Assembly: GCA_964547465.1 (NCBI GenBank)
Contig: CAZJNI010000006.1
Coordinates: forward strand, 2,505 to 66,504
Direction of reading: 5' to 3'
DNA: 64,000 bases
From: an uncultured Gammaproteobacteria bacterium
GTDB taxonomy: Bacteria > Patescibacteriota > Microgenomatia > Daviesbacterales > UBA10151
Shown here: in pieces, positions 17,611 through 26,991 of the stretch
Position numbering within the stretch: position 1 is the stretch's first letter
Layout of the letters: every line of letters begins with the position of its first letter
Made by a program: the position numbers and the translations under genes
Notes under the pieces: generated by a model
Seen by the model: the letters and a program-made list of their open reading frames with translations, nothing else
What the model was told of the DNA's origin: nothing
Database searches by the model: none

Positions 17611-18351
17611 CTACTGGATTTCGTAACTTAAGGTAACAACTACTGTAATATCGGATGAACCAGGTTCTATTTGAGTTGGAGCTCCCTGGGCTTTTATATC
17701 AGCAGCCGAAAGCATAGGAATAGGCCTTGGAAGACCTCCAAAATCTTCTGAATAATTTATAATCCTGCCCAGTTTAAATCCGGCAATTTTTGCAGCATCT
17801 TCTGCTTTTTTCTTAGCATCAGCCACAGCTTTTTGCCTGGCCTCATTTTCGGACTTGGATTTGTCATCTACATCAAATGAAATTCCCCCCACCTGATTCG
17901 CCCCATTGGCTGTGGCCTCATCAATCACAGAGTTTGCCCTCTCAATTTGTCTGACCTTAATAGATAAATTTGTACTGGCAGAATAACCGGTTAGTCTTTG
18001 ACCTCCAGTATAGTCATAACTTGGGTTAATATTATAGTTTGTGGTCTGGATATCTTTAGCATCTACCCCCAGACTCTTAACAGCTGTAGAAACTTTATTA
18101 ATAGTGGAATTAATCTGATTCTGGGCATCTTTCACAGTTGCTCCTTTAGCAGAAATACCCACTGTCACCATAGCCACATCAGGAGCAGCAGTTGCTTTTC
18201 CTTCACCAGTCACATCAAATGTGGTAGATTTAGTGGTAGTTACAGAGTTTACAGAAAACGGAATTGGTCCGAAAATTTTGGTAAAGCTAAATAGCAGGAT
18301 AAAAAAAGTTGTAGCTCCAATTACAGGTAAGAGCAAAATCCTTGTGTTCAC
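17611..18351 (-). CDS. SIMPL/DUF541-domain periplasmic protein
   Basis: Signal/TM N-terminus; GEGKATAAPDVA...GYSASTNLSIKV...AVADAKKKAEDAAKIAGFKLGRI typical of the SIMPL (26-kDa immunogenic protein) family. Confidence 0.6.
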   Translation of the reverse strand: MNTRILLLPVIGATTFFILLFSFTKIFGPIPFSVNSVTTTKSTTFDVTGEGKATAAPDVAMVTVGISAKGATVKDAQNQINSTINKVSTAVKSLGVDAKDIQTTNYNINPSYDYTGGQRLTGYSASTNLSIKVRQIERANSVIDEATANGANQVGGISFDVDDKSKSENEARQKAVADAKKKAEDAAKIAGFKLGRIINYSEDFGGLPRPIPMLSAADIKAQGAPTQIEPGSSDITVVVTLSYEIQ

Positions 18352-18390
18352 AAATTAATAATACCACATTTTCTGTTAAACTTTTATTAG

Positions 18391-19281
18391 ATGAAGCATA
18401 GAGTTTTTAATATTTCTTTATTTGTAATTTATATAGCGGGGATGACTGCTTTGATGATCTGGCAAGGGATTGGTATTGATCCGTCAAGATATGCATTTGT
18501 CCTCCTTCTGGCCAGCCTTTTGGTAAAGAGAACCAGATCATTCATTTTGGACTGGACTCCATTTTTATTTATTTTACTATCCTATGATTTTTTAAGAGGA
18601 TTTGCAGACAACTTAAATACCCGTGTTAATTTTACTCTGCTAATTAACGCAGAGAGAGGCATTTTTGGATCCATTCCCACCATTGATCTTCAAAAAATGT
18701 TATACAATCCCTTGCATCCATCCCTTATAGACTTTTTTTTCACTATTTTTTACTTTTTACACTTTGCCCTGCCTTTAAGCTTTGGGTTTATTCTATGGCT
18801 TTACGACAGAAGCCATTTCAGACAATTTGTAACTGGAATATTACTTATCTCTTATACAGCCTGGATTTCATTTTTAATATACCCATCCGCCCCTCCCTGG
18901 CTGGCCTCAAATGAAGGGTATTTGCCTAAGGTATACAAAATATTAGATGTAACTTTAGGAGCTTTCCCGGATAAATGGAATTTGCCTTCTGTTTATCACC
19001 AATTTAATCCAAACCCGGTGGCTGCCATGCCATCGCTACACGGCGGATATCCGGTTCTAGTATTACTTTTTGCCATTAAATTTTTCAGATTGAAAGCTTT
19101 ATTTTTTATTCCATATGTTCTAGGAGTATTTTTGTCGGTTGTTTATTTGGGAGAGCATTATATTGTGGATTTAATAGGAGGTAGCTTGTATGCCCTGATT
19201 TGCTATTTTATTGCAGCAAGATTACATGTAATTGATTGGGGAAGACTAATTAATAAATATATTAAAAGATTGGAGAGTTAA
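18391..19281 (+). CDS. PAP2-superfamily integral membrane protein (IPC-synthase/AUR1-like)
   Basis: Polytopic; PSLHGGYP (PSGH-like) and EHYIVDLIGG (HxxxD-like) motif order. Confidence 0.5.
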   Translation: MKHRVFNISLFVIYIAGMTALMIWQGIGIDPSRYAFVLLLASLLVKRTRSFILDWTPFLFILLSYDFLRGFADNLNTRVNFTLLINAERGIFGSIPTIDLQKMLYNPLHPSLIDFFFTIFYFLHFALPLSFGFILWLYDRSHFRQFVTGILLISYTAWISFLIYPSAPPWLASNEGYLPKVYKILDVTLGAFPDKWNLPSVYHQFNPNPVAAMPSLHGGYPVLVLLFAIKFFRLKALFFIPYVLGVFLSVVYLGEHYIVDLIGGSLYALICYFIAARLHVIDWGRLINKYIKRLES

Positions 19282-19601
19282 TTTAAGTTCTCTATTTTTG
19301 CAGCTAAAATAAAATCATTTTCTGATAAACCACCAATATTGTGTGTCGTTAAATCAATAACTACTCTTTTGTAGTAAATATGAATATTGGGATGATGATC
19401 CTCCTGCTGGGCCAGTTTTCCCACTTTTTGGGCAAATTCTAATCCGCCTGAATAAGTTTCAAACTTAAATTCGTGTTTGATTTTCTTATCCTCTACAACT
19501 TCCCAGTCTAACTTTAATTGTTTTAATAATGGCTCATATTCTTTTGGTTCAAGCGGAGGAGTATTAATTTCACAGGGAACACATTTTTTTTGAGATAACA
19601 T
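19278..19601 (-). CDS. Pterin-4a-carbinolamine dehydratase (PCD/DCoH)
   Basis: EDHHPNIHI motif and family-typical length (107 aa). Confidence 0.7.
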   Translation of the reverse strand: MLSQKKCVPCEINTPPLEPKEYEPLLKQLKLDWEVVEDKKIKHEFKFETYSGGLEFAQKVGKLAQQEDHHPNIHIYYKRVVIDLTTHNIGGLSENDFILAAKIENLN

Positions 19602-19605
19602 TTCG

Positions 19606-20016
19606 TCAAATTATACCTTTTTTCTTTAAAAGGTTTAAATCATGCTGGATTGTTTTTAACTCTGCCCCAATATGCAGAATCACTTTATGTGCTGCTTCTT
19701 CTTCTGTTACATCTTCCTGAATATCTTCTATATCCTCCTCAACTTCCTCCAGGCTTTCAGTATTTCTGTTAACGCTCATCTGGATAAAAATTGCCAGGTA
19801 TATAGCCTCAATAGAAAGCCAGGTAGTAAACATCAAAAGAATAGTACGCAGTTCATAACCTAGGAAGGAAAGTGCCGGAACTGCAACAAATAAACAGGTA
19901 TGAAAAAGTACAGAATAGGGTGTACCCACCCATTTGATAAGCTTGAATGAAATCTGCTCAAGAAAAGTGAGTTTTTGGTGTCCGTTTCCATTACCATTGG
20001 TATATTTTACAGTCAT
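19606..20016 (-). CDS. Small membrane protein (DUF1003-like); likely start at ATG 20014-20016 preceded by GGAGGA
   Basis: Two TM helices and an acidic C-terminal tail; SD ggagga lies 5 nt upstream of the internal Met. Confidence 0.4.
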   Translation of the reverse strand: MTVKYTNGNGNGHQKLTFLEQISFKLIKWVGTPYSVLFHTCLFVAVPALSFLGYELRTILLMFTTWLSIEAIYLAIFIQMSVNRNTESLEEVEEDIEDIQEDVTEEEAAHKVILHIGAELKTIQHDLNLLKKKGII

Positions 20017-20197
20017 GGCATCCTCCTTTTTAAGTGTATAACGCAATTTAAAACACAAAAAAATCTCTGCCCGTCTTTTCTGGTTTTAGAGATTTCTAAG
20101 TTAATTGTGGCACCGTGAAAAGGGTATGTCAACCCCCCAAAATACGGCTAAAATAATCATGGAATCAATTTTGATTTATAGGTATAATAACCCTTAA

Positions 20198-20279
20198 GCT
20201 GATGTGGTGGAATGGCATACACGTTCGCCTTAAGAGCGAATGCCCAAAAGGCATGTGGGTTCGACTCCCACCATCAGCA
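20198..20279 (+). tRNA. tRNA-Leu(TAA)
   Basis: GCTGATG acceptor, anticodon loop CTTAAGA, long variable arm, T-arm GTGGG-TTCGACT-CCCAC. 82 nt. Confidence 0.8.
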
Positions 20280-20400
20280 CTGACACCGAAAGTCAGTTCA
20301 AAGGACTGATTTTCGGTGGCATGATGGTATTGGAGAGAATCCCAGCTCGAAGAGCGGTTCGTTCTCGCCGAAGGCGAGGTATTCCTCCCACCATCAGCAC
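20280..20400 (+). repeat. Spacer with a 14-bp-stem hairpin and a duplicated tRNA-Leu 3' end (ctcccaccatcagcac)
   Basis: Hairpin caccgaaagtcagt-tcaaagg-actgattttcggtg at 20284-20318. The 16-nt tRNA-Leu 3' end is repeated at 20385-20400, directly before tRNA-Pro. Confidence 0.55.
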
Positions 20401-20472
20401 CGGGGTCTAGTTCATCGGTAGAACGCTCGCTTTGGGAGCGAGAAGTACAGGGTTCAATTCCCTGGACCCCGA
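20401..20472 (+). tRNA. tRNA-Pro(TGG)
   Basis: CGGGGTC acceptor, anticodon loop TTTGGGA, T-arm CAGGG-TTCAATT-CCCTG. Confidence 0.8.
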
Positions 20473-20483
20473 CAAAGAATTTC

Positions 20484-21122
20484 TTAGCTCTTATCTAGTA
20501 TGAAAGTAACCTCCATATTTAAAAAGGAAAAAATTTTATCTTTTATCCTAAAGCCGGAGGCATTAATTAGTTTTTCAAGCTGTGTATGGTGAAAAGGATG
20601 TAGATGAGCTCCTTGCCAGATTTTACCCTGGGTATTTTCCCAGATAAACCAGACTATCCTAAAAAGCAAACTGCCGGAATCCATCGAAAGAATTAAAGTC
20701 CCGTTTTTTTTTAAAACTCTTTTAATTTCTCTTAAACATCCTTCAGGATCTTCCACATGCTCAATGGTTTCGTAAAATAAAATTAATTCGAAAGTATTTT
20801 TTTTAAATGGTAATTTGTTAGCAGACGCGATTTTAAACTTTATGTCAGGGTAAGTTTTCCTGGCATACTCAATAGCCTTATCGTATACATCAATGCCATA
20901 ATATTTGGCATCCGGATAAAATGAAGCAATTTTTGAAACCATATATCCTGAAGCGCAACCTATATCAAGGCAATTTTTAAACTTAAGACGGGAGAGTATA
21001 TATTTAGCCAGTTTAATTTTATGGGAATGCCAAAGCCACTGAAAGAGATTTCTCTTTACCCCTTTTTGATAATAAGTTACCGGGACTTGATTCCAAATTT
21101 TATATAAATTGTGGTTTTTCAT
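20484..21122 (-). CDS. Class I SAM-dependent methyltransferase
   Basis: Motif I LDIGCASGYM; Rossmann-fold MTase length. Confidence 0.65.
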   Translation of the reverse strand: MKNHNLYKIWNQVPVTYYQKGVKRNLFQWLWHSHKIKLAKYILSRLKFKNCLDIGCASGYMVSKIASFYPDAKYYGIDVYDKAIEYARKTYPDIKFKIASANKLPFKKNTFELILFYETIEHVEDPEGCLREIKRVLKKNGTLILSMDSGSLLFRIVWFIWENTQGKIWQGAHLHPFHHTQLEKLINASGFRIKDKIFSFLNMEVTFILDKS

Positions 21123-21162
21123 ATTGACAATTTAGAAAAGTTAGATTATCTTAAGCTTTCTA

Positions 21163-21822
21163 ATGAAAAAAATACAGAAGAAATTATTTTTTGTAGGAAT
21201 ATTTACCATTTTGGCATTTATTTCCCTGCAGATTCCCTTCAATAAACTGGCCGGATCGAATGTTTCGTTTACTCTTTTTGATTTTTTTGGCCCAATAGCC
21301 GGGGCGTTTTTAGGACCTTTTTTTGGCATAATTTCCGTATTTTCAGTGATGGTTACCAATAATTTAATAAAGGATGTTCCATGGACAACCGGATCTATAA
21401 TCAGATTATTCCCAACTTTATTTGCTGTATATTATTTTGCATATATTTCTAAAAAAGAGGGGAGATGGATTCTAGTAGTACCGGTTCTTGCAATCATTGC
21501 CTTTTTAGCTCATCCTAATGGTAGACAAGTGCCATATTACACCCTTTTTTGGGTTATACCACTCGTAGCTTACAAATTTAAAGCTAATTTGTGGATGAAG
21601 AGTTTGGGTGCAACATTTACAGCTCACAGCGTCGGTGGGCTGATGTGGATCTGGGCATTTAATTTACCAGCCTCTGTCTGGCAAGGACTTATCCCTGTTG
21701 TAATCTCCGAAAGACTTCTTTTTGCTACAGGCATAGCTGTTTCTTTTATCGTAACCAAAAAGGTTCTAGCTTTTCTCGCCTCCAGGCATGTTCTACCAAA
21801 ATTTGAAGTTTCCCAAAGTTAA
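21163..21822 (+). CDS. Polytopic membrane protein (hypothetical)
   Basis: 219 aa with about six hydrophobic helices. Confidence 0.4.
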   Translation: MKKIQKKLFFVGIFTILAFISLQIPFNKLAGSNVSFTLFDFFGPIAGAFLGPFFGIISVFSVMVTNNLIKDVPWTTGSIIRLFPTLFAVYYFAYISKKEGRWILVVPVLAIIAFLAHPNGRQVPYYTLFWVIPLVAYKFKANLWMKSLGATFTAHSVGGLMWIWAFNLPASVWQGLIPVVISERLLFATGIAVSFIVTKKVLAFLASRHVLPKFEVSQS

Positions 21823-22417
21823 AGGAAGACCCTTCTTTTATACAAATTTTGTTTCAACACTAGATGGTAAAGTAGCTGTTAAAAGGGCAGGTTATTGGCC
21901 AATTGGCTCCAGAAATGACTATGAAGTTTTAACCGAATTAAGACTATATGCTGATTGTTTAGTTCATGGTGGAAATTTAGCCAGGGAATTTGGAGAAATT
22001 ACCCAAAGAAGCCTTAAAAAACCAGATTTCAAAAAGTTAAGAAGAAAATTGGGTAAAAACCCCAGCTTGCCGTATTATATTATTACCAACAAACTTCATA
22101 CCGTTTCGTCAATAGACTTCCGATACAGTTTCGTTAGATCTGATCTCAACTTATTGATCAAAGAATTTTGGAATAAAGGTTATAAACATATTTTAGTAGA
22201 AGGTGGCCCTACCCTTTTAGGTTCTTTTTTAAATGAAAACTTAATTGATGAGATTTTCCTGACAATTGCCCCGAAAATTTATGGAAGCCAAAATTTAACC
22301 ACTAAAAATCTGGTGGAAGGGCAATTATTTCCACCCAATCAAATAAAACACCTTAAATTAATTTCTGTAAAGAAACTTAAAGATGAGTTATTTTTAAGAT
22401 ACTCTGTGAGGTCTTAA
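21788..22417 (+). CDS. RibD C-terminal domain / DHFR-like reductase
   Basis: FVSTLDGKVA and HILVEGGPTLLGSFLNENLIDEIFLTIAPKIYG match RibD_C/dihydrofolate-reductase-like proteins. Confidence 0.6.
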   Translation: MFYQNLKFPKVKGRPFFYTNFVSTLDGKVAVKRAGYWPIGSRNDYEVLTELRLYADCLVHGGNLAREFGEITQRSLKKPDFKKLRRKLGKNPSLPYYIITNKLHTVSSIDFRYSFVRSDLNLLIKEFWNKGYKHILVEGGPTLLGSFLNENLIDEIFLTIAPKIYGSQNLTTKNLVEGQLFPPNQIKHLKLISVKKLKDELFLRYSVRS

Positions 22418-22443
22418 GATAACGAAGTTATCGCAAGCTTTGC

Positions 22444-22704
22444 TTAACGGTCTTCTCTTGGTCTGGCAATGTTAACGACAATTTTTCTGCCTTCAACATC
22501 TGTTCCGTTTAAGTTTGAAACAGCATTATTAGCTTCTTCGTCTGTTGACATTTCAACAAAACCAAAGCCTCTTGATCTACCTGTTTCACGGTCTTTAACA
22601 ACTTGAGCGCTGACAACTGTACCTGCTTGTGCAAAAATTTGCGCAAGACCGGCATCATCAACTGACCAAGGCAAAGAACCTACGAACAATTTCTTGTTAT
22701 TCAA
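22444..22704 (-). CDS. RRM-type RNA-binding protein
   Basis: RNP-2 KLFVGSL and RNP-1 RGFGFVEM. Confidence 0.7.
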   Translation of the reverse strand: MNNKKLFVGSLPWSVDDAGLAQIFAQAGTVVSAQVVKDRETGRSRGFGFVEMSTDEEANNAVSNLNGTDVEGRKIVVNIARPREDR

Positions 22705-22816
22705 AAAAATTCACCTCCTTCATTTTAAAATCATGCGAGGTGAATTACAGTAATACTGAAATATACACTCTACACACTATGTTCTTATTATCTCATATGG
22801 TAAACTAAACAGTCAA

Positions 22817-23578
22817 ATGCCAATCGAGTTTATTCATTCACAAGGAACAAACGGCCATAAAGAAGCTGCAGGCTTTTCTTTAGTAAAAAAATCCCGGCAG
22901 GCTCAACCTCTTGGCCATGTAACTTTTGAGCAATATTCCCAGGAATTAGTCAGATTAGATAGATTCCATCCGTTTAGATCTTTTGGGATTGGACCATTAA
23001 CAGACTATATCGATCCAAGCTCGGGTATGATTAACTTAAGTTATATCGGTATAATCGAATCAGTCGATCACTACTATAGAAAGTTAGGTGTTGATTTTTA
23101 TAACGCTCATATTCGAGAGTGGTATGGGCTGTTGGATATATCTGGTGAATATGCAAAACGTTTAGATCAGAAGGGGGTTGAAACAAGTCATACTTTGACT
23201 GTTTTATGGGCCCATCATTCAGCAAATACTCAAAGGGAAATTGATTATGGTCTTTCCCTGGGAAAAAGAATTATAGTTCTTGATTGGGATGGGTCTTCAG
23301 ATCAGGCATACTTAAATTATTTGAGGGAAAGGATTATGAACTCAACTTCAAAAACCCCCTACCCGTCAGCTGTAATTACTTTCAGAAACACTCAAGAGCT
23401 TGAGAGAAATCTAAAGGAAGCCTGGGATCCTGTTTTGAGAAATCCAACATATACTACTAATCATTGGCTAGCTGGTATTGTTCCAGATGCTGTAAGGATT
23501 TATGGAATTCATGGGGATTCTGTTCCTGTCCTTAGTCATCAGATTGATGGCTCAATTAAATTCAACCTCTCGGAATAA
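22817..23578 (+). CDS. Hypothetical protein
   Basis: 253-aa ORF; start uncertain. Confidence 0.35.
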   Translation: MPIEFIHSQGTNGHKEAAGFSLVKKSRQAQPLGHVTFEQYSQELVRLDRFHPFRSFGIGPLTDYIDPSSGMINLSYIGIIESVDHYYRKLGVDFYNAHIREWYGLLDISGEYAKRLDQKGVETSHTLTVLWAHHSANTQREIDYGLSLGKRIIVLDWDGSSDQAYLNYLRERIMNSTSKTPYPSAVITFRNTQELERNLKEAWDPVLRNPTYTTNHWLAGIVPDAVRIYGIHGDSVPVLSHQIDGSIKFNLSE

Positions 23579-23579
23579 T

Positions 23580-23609
23580 CGCGCAATAATCGCGAAATTT
23601 ATCGCGCAT
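23580..23609. repeat. 30-bp direct repeat (left copy) flanking the Fic gene
   Basis: atcgcgcaataatcgcgaaatttatcgcgca is nearly identical to 24721-24750. Confidence 0.7.
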
Positions 23610-24667
23610 TACTTTGATAAAATATAGTAAGTACTGGGGCCACTTCCTTCAACTTTTAATAGCTTATTTGAAACAAGCTTTTTTAATTTAAGCTGAGCTG
23701 CCCTTTTGGAAAGATTCAAAATATCAGAAACATCATCAGAGGTAATTCTACCAGTGGTGGTTAAAAAATCCATAATTTGCAATTCATCCTTATCCAGAAA
23801 TATTTGTTCACTCTTTTTAGAAACTTTACCAAAACCAATAGATTGAATTTGCTCTAAAACTTTTCTGGCTTCAATTAAAAAACCGGCTGTAAAATATTCC
23901 AGCCAGCTGGTAAAATCCATATCCTCTTGATAATTAGCTCCTTGAGCATAATTTTCAGCATTGTAATAAGACATTCTATCCCTATTGTAATAATCTTCTA
24001 ATACCAAAATCTTTCTAAAGTCCCATCCGTCTCTATAAAGTTGAAGTTGTGTTAAAAGCCTGGCTAATCTTCCGTTTCCGTCCGTAAAAGGATGAATTGT
24101 GACAAATTGTAAATGCAGGATTCCTGCCCTGATAATTGGATGAATACCATCTTTTTTAGATTTATCCAACCACTCCAGTAAATCCGCGGTCATCCCTGCT
24201 AGTTTTTTAGCATCAGGCGCCTTAAACCTAACCTTTTCTTTTCCTCCACCTAAATCATCCACCACATAAACATCTGCTGGCCTAAATTTACCTGTTTTTG
24301 ATTTCTCCACCAGCCCGTTAATAATCATCTCATGAAGTTTCAGAATCTCACCCAGCGTGATAGAGTGCTTTATTTTTGCCATCTCATCCAGTTTTTGCAA
24401 AGCTTTGTAGTAATTCTCAACTTCCAAAATATCTTTTTGGGAAGCTTTAACCGGCTTACCTTCCAAAACTTTACCCACCTCAAATTGGGCTAATCTATTT
24501 CCTTCAATAGAAGTTGAAGTGTGAGCCATCCTTAGAATTGCCTGGCGCCTCAATTGGGCCTCATTTAGAGGAAGTACACGGGACCTCTCAATAATTGCCT
24601 TAATTTCAGCAATCTCTGTCATATTGGATAGGGTTTTAGGAGAAATAGAATAAACAGGCTCTAACAT
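23609..24667 (-). CDS. Fic/DOC-family protein (AMPylase) with C-terminal wHTH
   Basis: Fic motif HPFTDGNGRLARLL. Confidence 0.75.
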   Translation of the reverse strand: MLEPVYSISPKTLSNMTEIAEIKAIIERSRVLPLNEAQLRRQAILRMAHTSTSIEGNRLAQFEVGKVLEGKPVKASQKDILEVENYYKALQKLDEMAKIKHSITLGEILKLHEMIINGLVEKSKTGKFRPADVYVVDDLGGGKEKVRFKAPDAKKLAGMTADLLEWLDKSKKDGIHPIIRAGILHLQFVTIHPFTDGNGRLARLLTQLQLYRDGWDFRKILVLEDYYNRDRMSYYNAENYAQGANYQEDMDFTSWLEYFTAGFLIEARKVLEQIQSIGFGKVSKKSEQIFLDKDELQIMDFLTTTGRITSDDVSDILNLSKRAAQLKLKKLVSNKLLKVEGSGPSTYYILSK

Positions 24668-24720
24668 AGTCTCTATTATATCATAAAACCCGCCTAGACT
24701 TGACGTCTAGTCGAGGCTGG

Positions 24721-24750
24721 TCGCGCAATAATCGCGAAATCTATCGCGCA
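24721..24750. repeat. 30-bp direct repeat (right copy) flanking the Fic gene
   Basis: tcgcgcaataatcgcgaaatctatcgcgca. Confidence 0.7.
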
Positions 24751-24841
24751 AAGGACCCACTTTCATTCCTGCAAAAGCAGGAATCTATATAGATCCTGAT
24801 TTTCATCAGGATAACTCTAGGAGTTAGTATATAATATTTTA

Positions 24842-26566
24842 ATGACAGGCAAAATAACTATTTTTCTACTTCTCTTTTTCGTCTTCTCGTTCCTTTTTAG
24901 AACTGACTCCTCATTTGACCAGGATTTGGGAAGACACATAAAGCTGGGAGAAATCATAGTACAAACCCACCAGGTCCCGACAACAAACCTTTTCTCCTAT
25001 ACCAATCCCGATTTTCCTTTCATAAATACCCACTGGCTGTTTGAGGTATTTGTGTATCTTTGGAGCACATCCCTGGGTTTGCAGTCCTTACTTATTTTCA
25101 AAATTATTATTTTTTTGTTATCAGTCTGGCTGATCTTTAAGATAGTTCCTAAAGATAGGAGAGTTTTACTGCTACCAATAGGTTTTATTTTTCTGCATGT
25201 TCTAAGGGAAAGACTGGAGCTTAGACCGGAAATTTTCAGCTTCCTGTTCACAGCCAGTACCTATTATATTCTTGAAACGTACACATCGTCATTGCGGGCC
25301 CCGAAGGGGCGTGGCAATCTAATCTTTCTATTACCCCTTATCCAACTCATTTGGGTAAACACCCATATTTATTTTTTTGTGGGGTTAACCCTACAAGCTA
25401 TTTTTCTGATCCATTTATTATTTGAAAGAACAGGTGCCAAGCTAGTCCACCCTCCAGGTGGATTACGTTGGCACCTACTCTTAATCACTCTGTCTTTATC
25501 CATTCTGTTAAGTTTTCTAAACCCGAATGGTTTATCTGGGATTTTATACCCTCTTAATGTTACTAAAAATTATGGCTATACAATTGTTGAAAATCAAACC
25601 ATGTTTTTACTGGAAAATATTGGCTTTAGAGATCCTAACTTTTTATTTGTTAAATTATCGGCAACAATTATTGCGATCGCTTTTTTTGTTACCTTTATTA
25701 AAAAGCGGGTAGATTTAAAAAATATACTGGTACCACTTACCGGCCTTGGTTTGGCTTTACTTAATGTCAGAAGCTTCCCTTATCTGGTTTTTTTATCTCT
25801 ACCGGCTGTTCTGCAAAATCTTGGTCCGCTTAAAAGAAATCTCGTTACTAGTCTTTTGTTTTTAGTCTTTAGTTTTATGTTACTTTTGGAATCTTATTTC
25901 TACCTCAACGGGGATTACTACCGTTTTTCTGATCAGCTTGTTCAGCCAAAACTTGTACTTTTGGAAAGCGGCAAAAAGGCTATGGATTTTGTACTGGCCA
26001 AAGATTTGCCCCAGCCAATTTTTAATAATTTTGATATTGGCAGCTATATTTTATATCGGGGCTATCCAAAATATAAAGTTTTCGTGGATGGCAGGCCGGA
26101 AGCCTATCCGGCTCAATTTTTCACCGGGATTTATATTCCGGGCCAATCAGATTATGCTAATTTTAAGCAGTTAGAGGAACTTTATAAGTTCAAAACAATT
26201 ATTTTTTCCCATACAGACCAGACTCCTTGGGCCAAGACATTTTTACAATCTGTAGTTAAAGATCCGGATTGGAAAATAGTTTATATAGATAATTTCATGA
26301 TTATTTTGGTGAGGGAAGAGGTTGCAAATCAAAAGCAATTACCAGCTATAGATTTATCCAAGCTTAATCCATCTACTTACCAATTTGATAACCATCTTTC
26401 CTATCTTAGATTGGGTATTTTCCTTTTAAGTACAGATCGTGGGATGACCCAACAAAATACAGAATCCGGAAAACAGTTTATTCAAAAAGCCCTGCAGCTT
26501 TTCCCGAATGACCCGATCGCAAATTCATTCTATGGTCAAACTTCCAAAAATCCCTTTTTCTGGTAA
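24842..26566 (+). CDS. Large polytopic membrane protein (possible GT-C-type glycosyltransferase)
   Basis: 574 aa, more than 10 hydrophobic segments and a C-terminal soluble domain; in-frame repeat insertion at 25288-25319. Confidence 0.4.
   Translation: MTGKITIFLLLFFVFSFLFRTDSSFDQDLGRHIKLGEIIVQTHQVPTTNLFSYTNPDFPFINTHWLFEVFVYLWSTSLGLQSLLIFKIIIFLLSVWLIFKIVPKDRRVLLLPIGFIFLHVLRERLELRPEIFSFLFTASTYYILETYTSSLRAPKGRGNLIFLLPLIQLIWVNTHIYFFVGLTLQAIFLIHLLFERTGAKLVHPPGGLRWHLLLITLSLSILLSFLNPNGLSGILYPLNVTKNYGYTIVENQTMFLLENIGFRDPNFLFVKLSATIIAIAFFVTFIKKRVDLKNILVPLTGLGLALLNVRSFPYLVFLSLPAVLQNLGPLKRNLVTSLLFLVFSFMLLLESYFYLNGDYYRFSDQLVQPKLVLLESGKKAMDFVLAKDLPQPIFNNFDIGSYILYRGYPKYKVFVDGRPEAYPAQFFTGIYIPGQSDYANFKQLEELYKFKTIIFSHTDQTPWAKTFLQSVVKDPDWKIVYIDNFMIILVREEVANQKQLPAIDLSKLNPSTYQFDNHLSYLRLGIFLLSTDRGMTQQNTESGKQFIQKALQLFPNDPIANSFYGQTSKNPFFW
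25288..25319 (+). repeat. RPE-like element (gtcattgcg family, short form) in-frame in the membrane-protein gene
   Basis: gtcattgcgggccccgaaggggcgtggcaatc; encodes SSLRAPKGRGNL. Confidence 0.55.
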
Positions 26567-26597
26567 AACTACCGTTTCTGAGATATTTACCACTAAA

Positions 26598-26942
26598 TTA
26601 AGATCTTAACGTGGGAGGGCGTTTTGATTGCTTCTCTATGTCTCCTTGAAATCTATGGTATTGATAAGTTCTATATCCGACGGCTAATAGACTAACCCCA
26701 CAGAATAGTAAAAAACCAACCATACCCGTTGAGGCCAATAAAGCCTCTTCTGTATATGGATCTAATTGCCCCTGTTGAATTTCTCCTAGACTTTTGCTAA
26801 GTGGATAATACTTTTGACTTACATAAGTCATATCTGTTAAAAAACCGATTATACCCACTGCCATTAAACCCATGTTAAAAAATGCACGCTCCATGCTCTG
26901 TTGGCGTCTTAATTCTATATTTCCTGGTATTTTTTCGGACAT
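26598..26942 (-). CDS. Small membrane protein (hypothetical)
   Basis: 114 aa with 2-3 TM helices. Confidence 0.35.
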   Translation of the reverse strand: MSEKIPGNIELRRQQSMERAFFNMGLMAVGIIGFLTDMTYVSQKYYPLSKSLGEIQQGQLDPYTEEALLASTGMVGFLLFCGVSLLAVGYRTYQYHRFQGDIEKQSKRPPTLRS

Positions 26943-26991
26943 AGTGATGGCATTATAGCAAAAAATAGCTATAGGTTAAACTCAATCTTAA

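Noticed and set aside
20318-20400. Possible second tRNA between tRNA-Leu(TAA) and tRNA-Pro
   Set aside because: It cannot be folded into a canonical cloverleaf (no 7-nt T-loop or anticodon arm). It is better explained as a duplicated tRNA-Leu 3' end plus spacer.
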